Shown: piece after piece, positions 41,277 to 53,700 of the stretch
How positions within the stretch are numbered: the first letter of the stretch is position 1
How the letters are laid out: each line of letters opens with the position of its first letter
DNA from: Alphaproteobacteria bacterium
GTDB taxonomy: Bacteria > Pseudomonadota > Alphaproteobacteria > GM7ARS4 > G965262615
Length of the DNA: 64,000 nt
Direction of reading: 5' to 3'
Assembly: GCA_965262615.1 (NCBI GenBank)
Contig: OZ253545.1
Coordinates: forward strand, 1,216,001 to 1,280,000
Made by a program: the position numbers and the translations under genes
Notes under the pieces: model-generated
Seen by the model: only the letters and a program-made list of their open reading frames with translations
What the model was told of the DNA's origin: nothing
The model's database searches: none

Positions 41277-41760
41277 CGCCAATCACACGGCGATACAAAA
41301 AGACAAACGGTGGTGACACAACACATTCTTCATTTTTATGAGTCTCAATCATCATCAAAGCATGAGGCGCACACCATTCCTGCCGATGCAATTGCTGCGC
41401 CGCCACACTCGCCGTTCCCGAATGCCATGGCGGGGTGAGTAAAATCAGATTCGCCCGCACGCTATCTTTATTGGGAATTGGCTTTGTCATGTCGGCAATC
41501 AGACAGTGGGCAGATTCTTTTGTCTCACTAATTCGCTGCCGCAACGGTGTCATGACTTCAGCCGTATGGTCTATAAAAATCACCCGATGCGCGCCTTCTT
41601 GCAAAGCTTGCCATCCCAGTGCGCCACTGCCGCAAAAGCCGTCAATCACGGTCGCTCCGCCGAAGGAAAAGAAATCGTGATGGCGCAGATGGTCAAACAA
41701 TGAGCGTTTGGCTCGTGCTGTCATGGGGCGCGTGCCGCAAGGTAAATATCGTTTTCTCAT
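41218..41760 (-). CDS. rsmD: RsmD-like 16S rRNA m2G966 methyltransferase (divergent)
   Basis: TRPMTARAKRSLF, IDGFCGSGALG SAM motif, GAHRVIFID; the DPPY motif appears as TPPW. ATG 41760 lies just after the autotransporter stop. Confidence 0.72.
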   Translation of the reverse strand: MRKRYLPCGTRPMTARAKRSLFDHLRHHDFFSFGGATVIDGFCGSGALGWQALQEGAHRVIFIDHTAEVMTPLRQRISETKESAHCLIADMTKPIPNKDSVRANLILLTPPWHSGTASVAAQQLHRQEWCAPHALMMIETHKNEECVVSPPFVFLYRRVIGDHCLSFFRCDKDTQGVTHK

Positions 41761-41764
41761 CCCA

Positions 41765-44700
41765 TCAGAAAAACAATTGCAGCGTGCCACTGTGACTTTG
41801 CGCTGCGCCACCGCCCATGCCAAAAATTCCCTGATAATTGAGATGCCCCGTCACTTCCTGTCCCAGCGATAGGGTCACGCCCACGCCCACATCAAAAAAT
41901 ATGGGGCTTCCCTCATCTTGATAAGAGACATCCACCGCCTCGCCAGAGGCTGTCGTCAACTGACTCTCCACCTCAATCTCTTGTCCCGTGACAAGATAAG
42001 TCATGCCCAGAGTGACCTGAGGCAGAAACACATTATTTCCTGCACCAGCACCGTATGCCATTCCCATGTCCACCGCTCCCCTCAAGCTGGCATAGGTGTG
42101 AGAGGCATCCTGCACATTCAATGACGCATCCAAATCAAGCCCATTGACACCTTTCTGTTGCAATGATTCCGATGTCCCTGCCAACAACACCTGCATGATG
42201 GATGCCGAAAAAGAAGGCTCAATATAATCATCAGCCGACCAGCCATAACGATACGATCCCGCACCATGCACCCCCACAAAGCCCACTGAAGGCGACGACT
42301 CATAAAAATCGCCAAAAACCTGACGCTGCACCTGATACAAATTGTAGCCTCCGGCAATACCCATCCCCAGCCGATAGCCTCGCTGTTGCGTCATGTGATA
42401 CTCGGAGAGGTGAACTGATGACGCAAAAGTCAATCTGTGTCCGCTGGCATCACTGTCGCCGCCTTCGTTGGTGTGATTAACATAGGAATAATTGCCGCCC
42501 AAGCTGACAAAAAGATCAGGACGCAATGCCACATCCCACATGGCTTCCAAGCCAACGGGTGTGTGTTCCGTAAAGCCAATGGCAGCCTCACTGTTACTGC
42601 GCGTGAGCATTGAACTGGAGATGGCACTGCGCGCACACATCACCACCCCATTTTGCTTCTTCAACCACGACAAACGCTTCTCCTGCCCCGCAAAAGCACT
42701 CACATCGCCACATGAGGGTTTCATCACGACTCGGCTGAAATTCTGCTCGGCAAACCAATTGGCTTGCACCAACGAGGCATAAATCGTCCCCGCCAATGAC
42801 GATAAGTCATTGCCATACACATCCAACCTCTTTTCGGCATCTTCCAAGCGACCATTGTCGGTGACCCGCGCCTCCAAATAAGTATAAAGACTTTCCAGAA
42901 AATCATACAACGAGTCGGAAAGAGAGGGGCTTTCTGACAAGCGATTGAGAGAACGAGCAATGTGCGTCTCACGCTCCTTGAGGTCACTGATGCCATCGCC
43001 GTCGCGATCCCCCAGCAGTAAAAAATCAAAACTGTTCATGTTCTCCAGCGCGAAATTGAGTCCTTGAGATTCATCCAGTGCGCCACTGAGTCGCCCCCGA
43101 TACTGTCTGCCATCTTTGGTGATGAAGCGAATGGATTGCACCCATCGCTTCAAAATATCAAGACGACCCTCGGTCACGGTATTGCCCGCTTGATTGGTGA
43201 TGACCACCGCCCTTGCCGCCTTGAGAAATGGCTCGGTGCTGGCAAATGACAATCGCCGTGTCGCCTGTCCGCCAAAAAATCGCTCAACATCGGTGAGATA
43301 AACCTTTGTGAATGGCAAGCGTCCGTCATCATTGAGCTCCATCGTCACAGTGGTATCGCTCATGGTGATGCCTTGCACCGTTTGGTTAGCCAGTGCGATG
43401 TTGCCACTGTTCATGTAAATGTCCATGGTTGCGCCCTGCCTGATGTGCCAATCTTCCAGCGAGACAAAGGGCACATCCTTCACCGCCACCGAACGGCTTC
43501 CCAGAATCATCTCGCCATGACTGATGAGGCGATCGCGCCCGTCACCAAAATTCATGACACCCGAAGATGTGGTGAGGGTTGTGCTTTGTCCAATGGTGAC
43601 GGTGTCATTGCCGCCGCCAAGCGTGATGCGCCCCATGACACTGCCGCCGTTAATGGTCATGGTGATGTTGCCTGAAAAGGTGGAATTGATGATTTCATTC
43701 GCTGTGACCGTGCCCGATGTCAAGTTGATGGTGGCGGCGGTGGTGGATGAGCCGCCCGTCAAAGCGATCGCCGCGCCACTGCCCACATTGATATTGCCCG
43801 AATTGGTGATGGTGACCGTGCCAGAGCCGCCGTGATTGACCAAAATCCCCCGATGCCCTGTTCCGCAATTGCTTGAGCAGCTAGAGATAAAGCCGATGGT
43901 TGTTCCACTATTATTGTTTACGCTCACATTGCCCGTTCCCGCCGATGTTGCCTCAATGCCGCGCAAGCCGTTACGATAGGGCGCGCCCGCAAACACCAAA
44001 TTACCGCCATTCGTGATGGTGACACCCACAGACGACTTCACATAAAGAGCCGCTTTGCCTGCCCCCCGCACCTGAACATCATGCTTGGTGGCAGAGGCGG
44101 TCTGATTATTGACCGTCACACTTCCCGTTACCCGAGAACCTGCCATCGTTCCATCAATCGTGATGCCATGTCCTGCGGAATTGACCCCATTGATGACACC
44201 GCTCATGTTACGCAATTCCACCGTCAAATCGCCGTTGTAATGAGCGTTTTTGCTCAGGTCGTCTCTGTCGGTGATGCTGGCAAAAAAGCGATCCATGTTT
44301 AATCCCTCACCGCGCTCGGCGGCATCATTGGCAGACCCTTCACACAGCATCAAACTGCTGGCTGCCACAAAGCGACAATTCAAAGTGGTGGGATTTGCCC
44401 CCGAATTCAAATTGCTCCATGTCATGGTGATATGACCGCCACTCACCGCAAGGGTGATGGTATCGGCGCGCAGCAATCGTCCTGAAGCGTTATACATTTT
44501 GATGCGAGCGTCATTGGGAAAAATAGACACGGTTTTGTTGAGCCCTCGCAAAACCGCATCCGTGGCACTCGCCGTGCTGCCAGACAATAAATTAAACGGC
44601 GCAGCAAGGGTTTGATGTCCCGATGAATCCAAAGAAAAATCCGATGGCAAATAGACTCGCAATTCGTCCAGCAATGCCAGAGTGATGGTCGCCCCACTGC

Positions 44701-47700
44701 CAATCGCCACCGCCCTGAACAATTGATTGCCTGCGCCCGCCGCCGTGTTGCGCGTCAAATACAGTTGCAGCGTGCTCCCTGCATTGAGGTTGAAGTTCTC
44801 CAAGCCACTGAGCATCACGCCATCCGAACCACTGGTGGCATTTCCCATAATCAGAGTGCCATTGTTATTCACCGTGAGGCTATCTGTTCCACCGCCGAAG
44901 GCAGATGTGCCGTTTGTCAGCGTCATTGTTCCGCCATTCACGGTGACGGTGTCGCTGCCGCCGCCTGTGGTGATGCGTCCCGTTGCCGTGCCGCCAGCCA
45001 TGGTCATGGTGACATTGCCCGAAAAGTCCGAGTTGATGATTTCATTCGCCGTGACCGTGCCTGATGTGAAATTAATTGTTGCGGTGTCATTGGACGCGCC
45101 ACCCGTGAGAGACACCGCCGCACCTGAAACATTAATATTTCCCGTGTTGGCAACCATCACAGCTGCCGTTGCCGTTCCAGCTTCCACACGGATACCGTGT
45201 GCCGCCGTGCCAGAACCCGTGAGATTGATTACGCCTGCATTGCTCACACTTACTGTTCCTGAGCCAGCGTGATTCACCAAAATCCCCCGATGACTCGTGC
45301 CACAATTGGATGAACAATCAGTAGCAAAGCCGATGGTTGTTCCCGTATTATTGTTTATGCTCACATTTCCTGTGCCTGCTGAAATCGCCTCAATGCCCCG
45401 CAGTCCAGAATTGTGGGTATTGTCAGAAAGAGGCTTAAAAACCAATGATGCCGCATTATTGATGGTGACACCTATTGCCGACTTCACATACAGAGCCGCC
45501 TTGTTTGCTCCACGCACCAACACATTGTTCTTTGTGCCTGTGGTTTGATGATTGACCGTCATTGTGCCACTCACAAACGACCCATCCAGAGTGCCATCCA
45601 AAGTAATGCCGTGGTCGTCACCACTGTTATTGATTACTCCTCCCAAGTCAAACAAGGTGACTGTCAAATTACCCAGATGATTGCCACTGACAAACGGACG
45701 ACTCGCAACATTAAGATGGGCTTGTCTGAATAGGCGTCCCATTTGCATGCCGTTTGCGCGATCGCTATCGCTGGTGTTGGCATCGGCGACACACACCAGA
45801 TTATTGACACTATAGTTGGAAGAACAATCAAATCCCGACTCCTCAAGAACAATGGACAGCTGTGACCATGCCAGCTGCAACAGATTGCCACTGACCGAAA
45901 GCGTAAAGACGGCATTCCATTGCTGCGACCCCGAAAAAAGCTGCAAACGACTCGCCAATAGCTGCAGCATCTCCGCCTGAGTGGGAACAGTTCCCGATGG
46001 TGTGGCACGCTCAATGCCGCCTGTGCTCCAGATGGTAAACGCCGTTTGCGTGGCATGGGTTCTTTGGCTGATCGTCCCTGACGGCAAATTAATATTGATA
46101 AATGGCGCATCGTTGCCATTGCGAGTGGCATAAAATCTCACCTTATAGCTGGGAGCGGTGCTGGGGGCGGTGCTGGTCAAGCCATTGAGTCCCAAAACAA
46201 CCGTAGAGTTCGCCCGCACATTGAAATAATTCAAACCACTGATGGTGAGTGACTTCAAGGCTTGATTGCTGCTGGCTTGTCCCAAACGCACCGTGCCGTA
46301 ATTAGTGATGACACTGTCGGAAGCATTGTCGCGATCAAAATTATATGTGCCACCGCCATTGAGGGTGAGGATGCCATAATTGGTGAGGGTGTTTGTGCCG
46401 CCGCCCAAATCAAGACTGGTGAGAGAGGCACGGGGTGCGGTGGCATCGGTATAATTGGTGTTCGCCGCGCCAATGGTGATGGTATCGTTGCCGTCACCAA
46501 CGCTCATGCCGCCTGAGATTTGATTGCCACTGCCGCCCCCCGTATGGGTGAAAGTGACGGCGGCGTTTGCCCTATTATTGGAATCAACGGGCTTGAGATG
46601 GATGATATCGCCTCCTGCGCGCACACCGCCTGTATTGGCAATGGTGATGGCGGCGGTGGTGCTGCCCACATCCAGATAGAATGCGTGCGAGCCACTGTGC
46701 GTTCCCACATCAATGACCCCAACGCCGCTATTGATGGTGATGACCCCACTGCCCGCCCGTTTGACAAAAATCCCCCGCGTGTTATTGCCAAACGATGATG
46801 CGCCACTGACATAGCCAATTGTGCCATTGGCGGTGGTGATGGCAATGGCATCATTGCCAGTGCTGATGGACTCGGCATAAATTCCCACAAGGCGATTGAG
46901 AGTCGTGCCTGATGTTTGCCCCGGTGTGGTCATGCGAATTTCATGATTATTGGCAATGGTGATGGCGAGTGCTTTTTGCGAGCGGGCATAAATGGCGGCA
47001 GCCCCCACATCGCCGCTCACGGTTGTTGCCGATGAGCCAAAAACATACATGTGCCTTGCCTGACCGGCATTATAGTTAAAGGTCAAATCCCCCGTGACGG
47101 CACTGCCAGGGGATGTGCCGTCCACAATGATGCCATGCCCCGAATGAGTCGCCGTTGCTCCATAATTGATGGAATACTGATTTTGCGCCACATTGATGAG
47201 CTGTGGCAGCGACAGCGTCAAATCACCACTGTGGGTGCCATCCGCCAATGATTGACCCACGGCGGCAAACATGCGTCCCAGATTAAGCCCTCCTTGCAGC
47301 TCGGCAATGGCGGCGGCGGAGGCGGTGGTTGCCTCACAGGTGAGGGCATTGCCCACCAAGCGACAGGTCAGAGCCGATGCGTCATAATGAAAGCGCATAT
47401 CGCTCCACGACAGGGTGAGGTCTTGATAGCCCGCCACAGACGAATTGACCGCCGTCAAAGAAAAGTTCGCCCGCACTCCAAGACTGCCTTTGGGCGCATC
47501 ACTGGCGAATAACACATCATCATCCAACTGGTCGCCCATGGCGGTCAGCAGCGCACCCAATGACGCACGATTGCTGCCAGAACCCAGCGCAACCGATGAC
47601 ACACGCCACAAAACAAAACTTTGATTGCCACTCTGCAAGGCAAAAGTCGCAGGCGTATGCACAGTGATGGTGGGCACGGCAAGAGACGAATCAATTAATT

Positions 47701-50700
47701 GCAAGGCAAAATCATGACGGCGCGTGTTGTCAGCCAGATTCGTTCCCGAGCCTTGCAGATAAAAATGAAGACGGCTCTGAGGATGCCAGCGCATGACATC
47801 CAAGCCGCTCAGTGAGATATCATTGCTGACAACGCCCCTGCCTCCCATATGGAGCGTGCCGTAATGTTCAAAATTCGCCACCACATTGCCCGTTCCTGTG
47901 GCGTGATAGATGGCGTTGGAGCTGACAATGGTGCCGCGATTGACAATATCCACCGTGTGATTGTGCGCCCCCCCCACAACATAAAACGCCGCATTGCGAT
48001 TGGCGTTGTCGGCAAAGTTTCCCATCACATCAATGACGGTGTCAGAGCCGATTTCCACATCAATATCACTGACGGCACGGGAGGCATCCACATAGATGGC
48101 ATAATGACCATTGCCGCGATTGGCACATCCTTTGCTGGTTTGGGTGCAGGCGTGGGTGTCGGCAAAGCCGATGCGAGCGACATCCTTATTGCGATCATCG
48201 GTGCGAATCACCACCTTGCCACCCGCCGTGCTCTCCACATAAATGGCGGCGGTGTTGTTGTAGAAATTCGTGCCATTGTGAGAGCCAAAAAGCAGCTCAA
48301 GAGCCGTTCCCGCCTGTGCCGAGCCAAGACGCACATCCACATCCATTCCATGACGCACCCGAACGATGGATTCAATGGTGCTGTCACTGTCTCCTCGCAC
48401 AACCAATTGAGAAATCGCACCCTGCCGATTATTCACCGCGCTGTTTTGTCCGATGCGAATGGCAAGGTCACCCATGACCAATGACCCCAACGCATCCCCA
48501 TCAAAAAACAGGGCATCGTTATAAATCATGGCACTTTGATTATTGGCAGACGCATCAATGCGGGTGATGGCAATGGCGGCATCGGCAAAAATAATGTGTC
48601 TGTTATTGCCACTGACATTGCGATAGGTGAACGCTTCTTCTAAATCAAAGCGCGATGCGCTGGTGATGGTGCAGCTGAGCGCGGCGGAGCATTGGGTGTT
48701 GGTGGCGGTGGGCGTGGCTTTCCACTGTAATTGCAAAACCGCCCCACCCGAGGTGTGATTCCATTGAAAGGCATAAATTCTGCCACTGATGGCAACATTG
48801 CTTGAAATGGATGAATCTCTGGTGGCAAACCCTCGCACCTGACGCTCCGTGATGCCACTGAAGCTGAGTCCATTGCTGCCCAACACGGGAAAACGATAGA
48901 GATCAATGGTGGCGGCGGCGGTGGTGTCGCTGGCGGCAAAAACAAGGTCAAAACTGGGTGCAGCAGAAGATGTGCCGTAGAGAATATGCCGCCCACCGCT
49001 CATATCCACAAAGCAATAGGCATTGGCGGCGCAGCTTGTTCCCTCGCCTTTTTTCACATAGAGCCGTAGGGTGCTGGTGGCACGATAATGAAAAGTCTCC
49101 AAAGCCGTCACGGTGACATCATGAGACGACCCCGAAGAGCCTCCTCGCACCCATGTTCCTGCCAGATCAAAAGCATCCGTGCCGCCGCCAAAATTCATAG
49201 CACCCGACGATGTGGTGAGGGTTGCGCTTTGTCCAATGGTGACGGTGTCACTGCCGCCGCCAAGAGTGATGCGTCCCGAAGCACTGCCACCGTTAATGGT
49301 GACTGTCACATTACCCGCAAAATCTGAGTTAATAATCTCATTCGCTGTCACCGTTCCTGATGTGAAATTAATAGTGGCGGTGTCGGCAGCTTCCCCGCCC
49401 GTCAAAGATACCGCCGCGCCCGACACATTAATTGTTCCCGTGTTGCTGATGGTCACCGCTTCGGTCGCCGTCCCCGCCTCCACACGAATGCCATGTGATG
49501 CCGTGCCAGACCCCGTGAGATTGATGCTTCCTGCATTGCTCACGCTTACTGTTCCTGATCCAGCATGATTCACCAAAATCCCCCGATGCCCTGTTCCGCA
49601 ATTGCTTGAGCAGCTAGAGCTAAAGCCGATGGTTGTTCCCGTATTATTGTTTATGCTCACATTTCCTGTGCTCGCCGAAATCGCCTCAATGCCACGAATT
49701 CCATTGTTGTAAGGTGTTCCAGCAAACATCAGATTGCCGCCGTTGGTGATGGTCACGCCCACCGCCGACTTCACATACAGAGCCGCCTTGTTTGTTCCTC
49801 GCACCGACACATCTTGTTTTGTGCCGGTGACATTGAGATTGACGGTGATGCTGCCGGTCACCCGAGATCCGGTTTTACTGCCGTCAATCATGATGGCATG
49901 GTCTGTGCCGTTGGTATTGACCGTCCCCGCCAGATTCAGCAGTGTGAGGGAGAAGTCACCATTGCGCGTGCCGCTTTGCAAAGCATTGACACTGCGGAAA
50001 ATATCGGTGGCATCCATGCCATAGAGAAATTCATCATGGGTGGTGTCACCGCCCGAGCAGGTCACTGTCGCTCCGCTATCATTGGTGATGCAATTCATGG
50101 AGCTTGTGATGATTTGTCTTGTGAGATTTTGCCAAGCGATTTGCAGATTATCCGCCGAGCCCTCAGACAGCGTCACCGTGCCGCTATAGCGAGAGCCATT
50201 GTGGGTGTAGATTCGCACCCGCGCCGCCAGTTCGGCAAAAGTAAGCGTGGATGCCAGTGATAAATCCGTGCCATCAATAAGGGTGAAGGCACTCTCATCG
50301 CCAAGCGTGATGCCACGGGGCAGATAAATGGCAATGATGGGCGCGTCACTGGATGTTGTGCCATTGATGGTGATGGCGGAAGGCAGGGTGAGGGCGATAT
50401 CAAAATTGTTGTTGGTGCGAGTCAAGTAAAGCCGCAAGGAGCTGCCCGCATTGAGGGTGAATGAATTGAGCCCAGTCACGGTGACTCCTTTTGAGCCATT
50501 GGTGGCATCACCCACAATCAGCGTGCCGCCACTATTCACCGTGACGCTATCTGTTCCACCGCCAAATGCCGATGTGCCGTTTGTCAGCGTCATTGTGCCG
50601 CCATTGACCGTGACGGTGTCATTGCCGCCGCCGAGCGTGATACGCCCCATTGCGCTACCGCCACTCATGGTCATGGTGATGTTGCCTGCAAAGCTGGAAT

Positions 50701-53700
50701 TGATAATCTCGCTCGCCGTGACCGTGCCCGATGTCAAATTGATTGTGGCGGTGTCGGCAGATGCACCTCCTGTCAAAGACACCGCCGCGCCCGCCACATT
50801 GATAGTTCCCGTGTTGCTGATGGTCATCGCTTCGGTCGCCGTCCCCGCCGAAACCTGTATGCCATGTGCCGCCGTGCCAGAACTGGTGAGATTAATTGTT
50901 CCAGAATTTGTGATGCTCACCGTGCCAGAGCCAGCATGATTGACAAAAATACCCCGATGACTCGTGCCACAATTGGTGGTGCAGTTTGTCGCAAAGCCGA
51001 TGGTGGCAGAATTTGTGATGCTGACACTGCCTGTGCCTGCCGAAATCGCCTCAATTCCCCGCAGTCCAGAACTGTGGGTATTGCCCGTCCCAGACTTAAA
51101 GACCAATGATGCCGCATTATTGATGCTCACGCCCACAGATGATTTCACATACAGAGCGGCTTGGTTTGCCCCTCGCACCTGCACTTCTTTTCTGGCATTG
51201 GCAGCGGTGGTGGTTTGATGATTGAGGGTGATATTTCCCGTCACTCGTGACCCTGTCACCGTGCCATCCAGCGTGATGCCGTGTCCTGTTCCTGTGGCAT
51301 TCACATGCGCGCCCAAATTATTGAGATTGAGGATGAGATTGCCCGCAAGAGACGAACCCGTGACATTGACCTTGCCGAAAATGGTAGCAAGTGTGAGCCC
51401 CGATGCAAAATCGCTATCGGTTCCCCCCATGCAGTCAATGGTATTGCCGGTGCGGGTGCAATAAAGCCGAGCAATGAGATCGCTCCATGCGATGCGCAGT
51501 TCCTCGCTCACTTCGGTGAGGGTAATCGTTCCTTCGTATGTCACGATGCCTTTTTGGATGACAACGCGCTCTTGCAGATGAGCCAGGGTGATTCCCGACA
51601 GTGTGAGGGTGGTGGAATCAATAATGGCAAACGCGTTTTTGTCGGCGACCACATAGCCAGAGGGCAGATGCAGCTCAATGATGGGTGTGGTGGCGGCACC
51701 GCCTGCCAAAGTCACCGTTCCAGCGATTGTCAAAGCATTGAAATTGCTGTCCATATAAAGACGCAGTCTGCTATTGGCATTGAGATTGAAATTCTCCAAG
51801 CCCGAAATTGTTACGCCATCCGAGCCGTTGGTGGCATTCCCCATAATCAGCGTGCCATTGTTATTCACCGTGAGGCTATCCGTCCCTGAGCCGAAGGCAG
51901 ATGTGCCGTTTGTCAGCGTCATTGTGCCGCCATTGACCGTCACGGTGTCACTGCCGCCGCCGAGCGTGATGCGCCCCAAAACACTGCCGCCGTTAATGGT
52001 GACTGTCACATTACCTGAAAAATCTGAGTTAATAATCTCACTCGCCGTCACCGTGCCAGATGTCAGGTTGATGGTGGCGGTGTCAGCAGACGCTCCCCCC
52101 GTCAAAGACATCGCCGCACCCGCCACATTAATTGTTCCCGTATTGCTGATGGTGACGGCTGCCGTTGCTGTTCCAGCGTCCACACGGATGCCATGTGCGT
52201 CTGTGCCAGAACCCGTGAGATTAATTGTTCCAGAATTTGTGATACTCACCGTGCCAGAGCCAGCATGATTGACCAGTATGCCTCTATGGTTGCTGCCGCA
52301 ATTGGTGGTGCAGTTTGTCGCAAAGCCGATAGTGGCAGAATTCGTGATGGTCATGCTGCCTGTTCCCGCCGAAATAGCCTCAATTCCCCGTAGTCCATTG
52401 TTGTAAGGTGTTCCAGCAAACACCAGATTGCCACCGTTGGTGATGGTCACACCCGCCGCCGACTTCACATACAGAGCCGCCTTGTTTGCGCCTCGCACCG
52501 ACACATCGCGCCTCGTGCCTGTGGTTTGATGATTGACGGTCAGACTGCCCGTGACCTGTGAGCCTGCCACCGTGCCATCCAGCGTGATGCCATGACCCGT
52601 GCCACTGGTGTTGACCGCACTGGTGAAACTATGAAGAGTCACGGTGAGATTGCCCGAACGCAATCCTTCCGCCGCCAATTCCGACACATCGGCAAACATG
52701 CGATCCATCGTCAGACCGCCACTGAGCTCACTGGCAGAGCCACCCGTGCAGGTCAGAGTCGGCACGCTGTAAGAACAATCCAATGTGCTGGCGGCAACAG
52801 ACGCAAAAAGACCCGTCCACGACACTTGCAAATTCTCGCCGTCCTCACGCAAAACAAATCTGCCTCTGTAGGTGACAGCCCCACGCAGCACCTTCACCCG
52901 AGCATCCAAGTCAGCCAGATTGGCAATGGTGAGAGAACCACTGCCTGTGTCAATCAAATCAAAAGCCGTGCGGTCGGAAAGATCGTAACTGGCGGGAAGA
53001 TGAATCTCAATCACGGGGGCATTGCTGCCCGTGCCATTAAAACGCACAGCAGAAGATAACTTCACAGCATTGAAATCTCTCCCCAAATAAAACCGCACAG
53101 TGCTGCCGGACTCCGCCGTGAAGCTCTCCAACCCTCTGATGATGAGATTGCCCGCAGAGCGTGTCCTCATGCCAAAATGCACCGTGCCGCGATTGGTCAC
53201 AGAGTCCGTGCCAGAGCCAAAATCAGAAATCAGAGAATCCCAACGCCATGTGCCGTTCGCCGCAACGCTCACCGCATCATTGCCACCGCCACTGCGCACA
53301 CCACCTTGAACATTTGCACCACCAGCAATGCTCACCGTGCTGTTGCCACCCAAATCTTCACCCCAGTAAATGTAGGTTGCCGAAACATCCGAGCCACTGG
53401 CAAAAGTCACATTGGCACTCTTGCCCGAGCCTCCCTCAACCGCAATGGCGATGTTACGAGAATTGATGCTGCCACTGTTGCTGATGGTGGCACTGGCGAC
53501 AGAGGACGGATGAGACAGTTCAGCCAAAATCCCCACCATCCTAATGACACCAATGGTGGCATTCACATTGATGTCGCCACTGTTCACAATACTGATATTC
53601 CCCGTGCCGATATGACTCGCCGCAATGCCACGGTGAGCTTGTCCACAACTCACCGTGCATGTAGCAGAAAAGCCAAGAGTGGCAGAAGAATTATTGGTGA

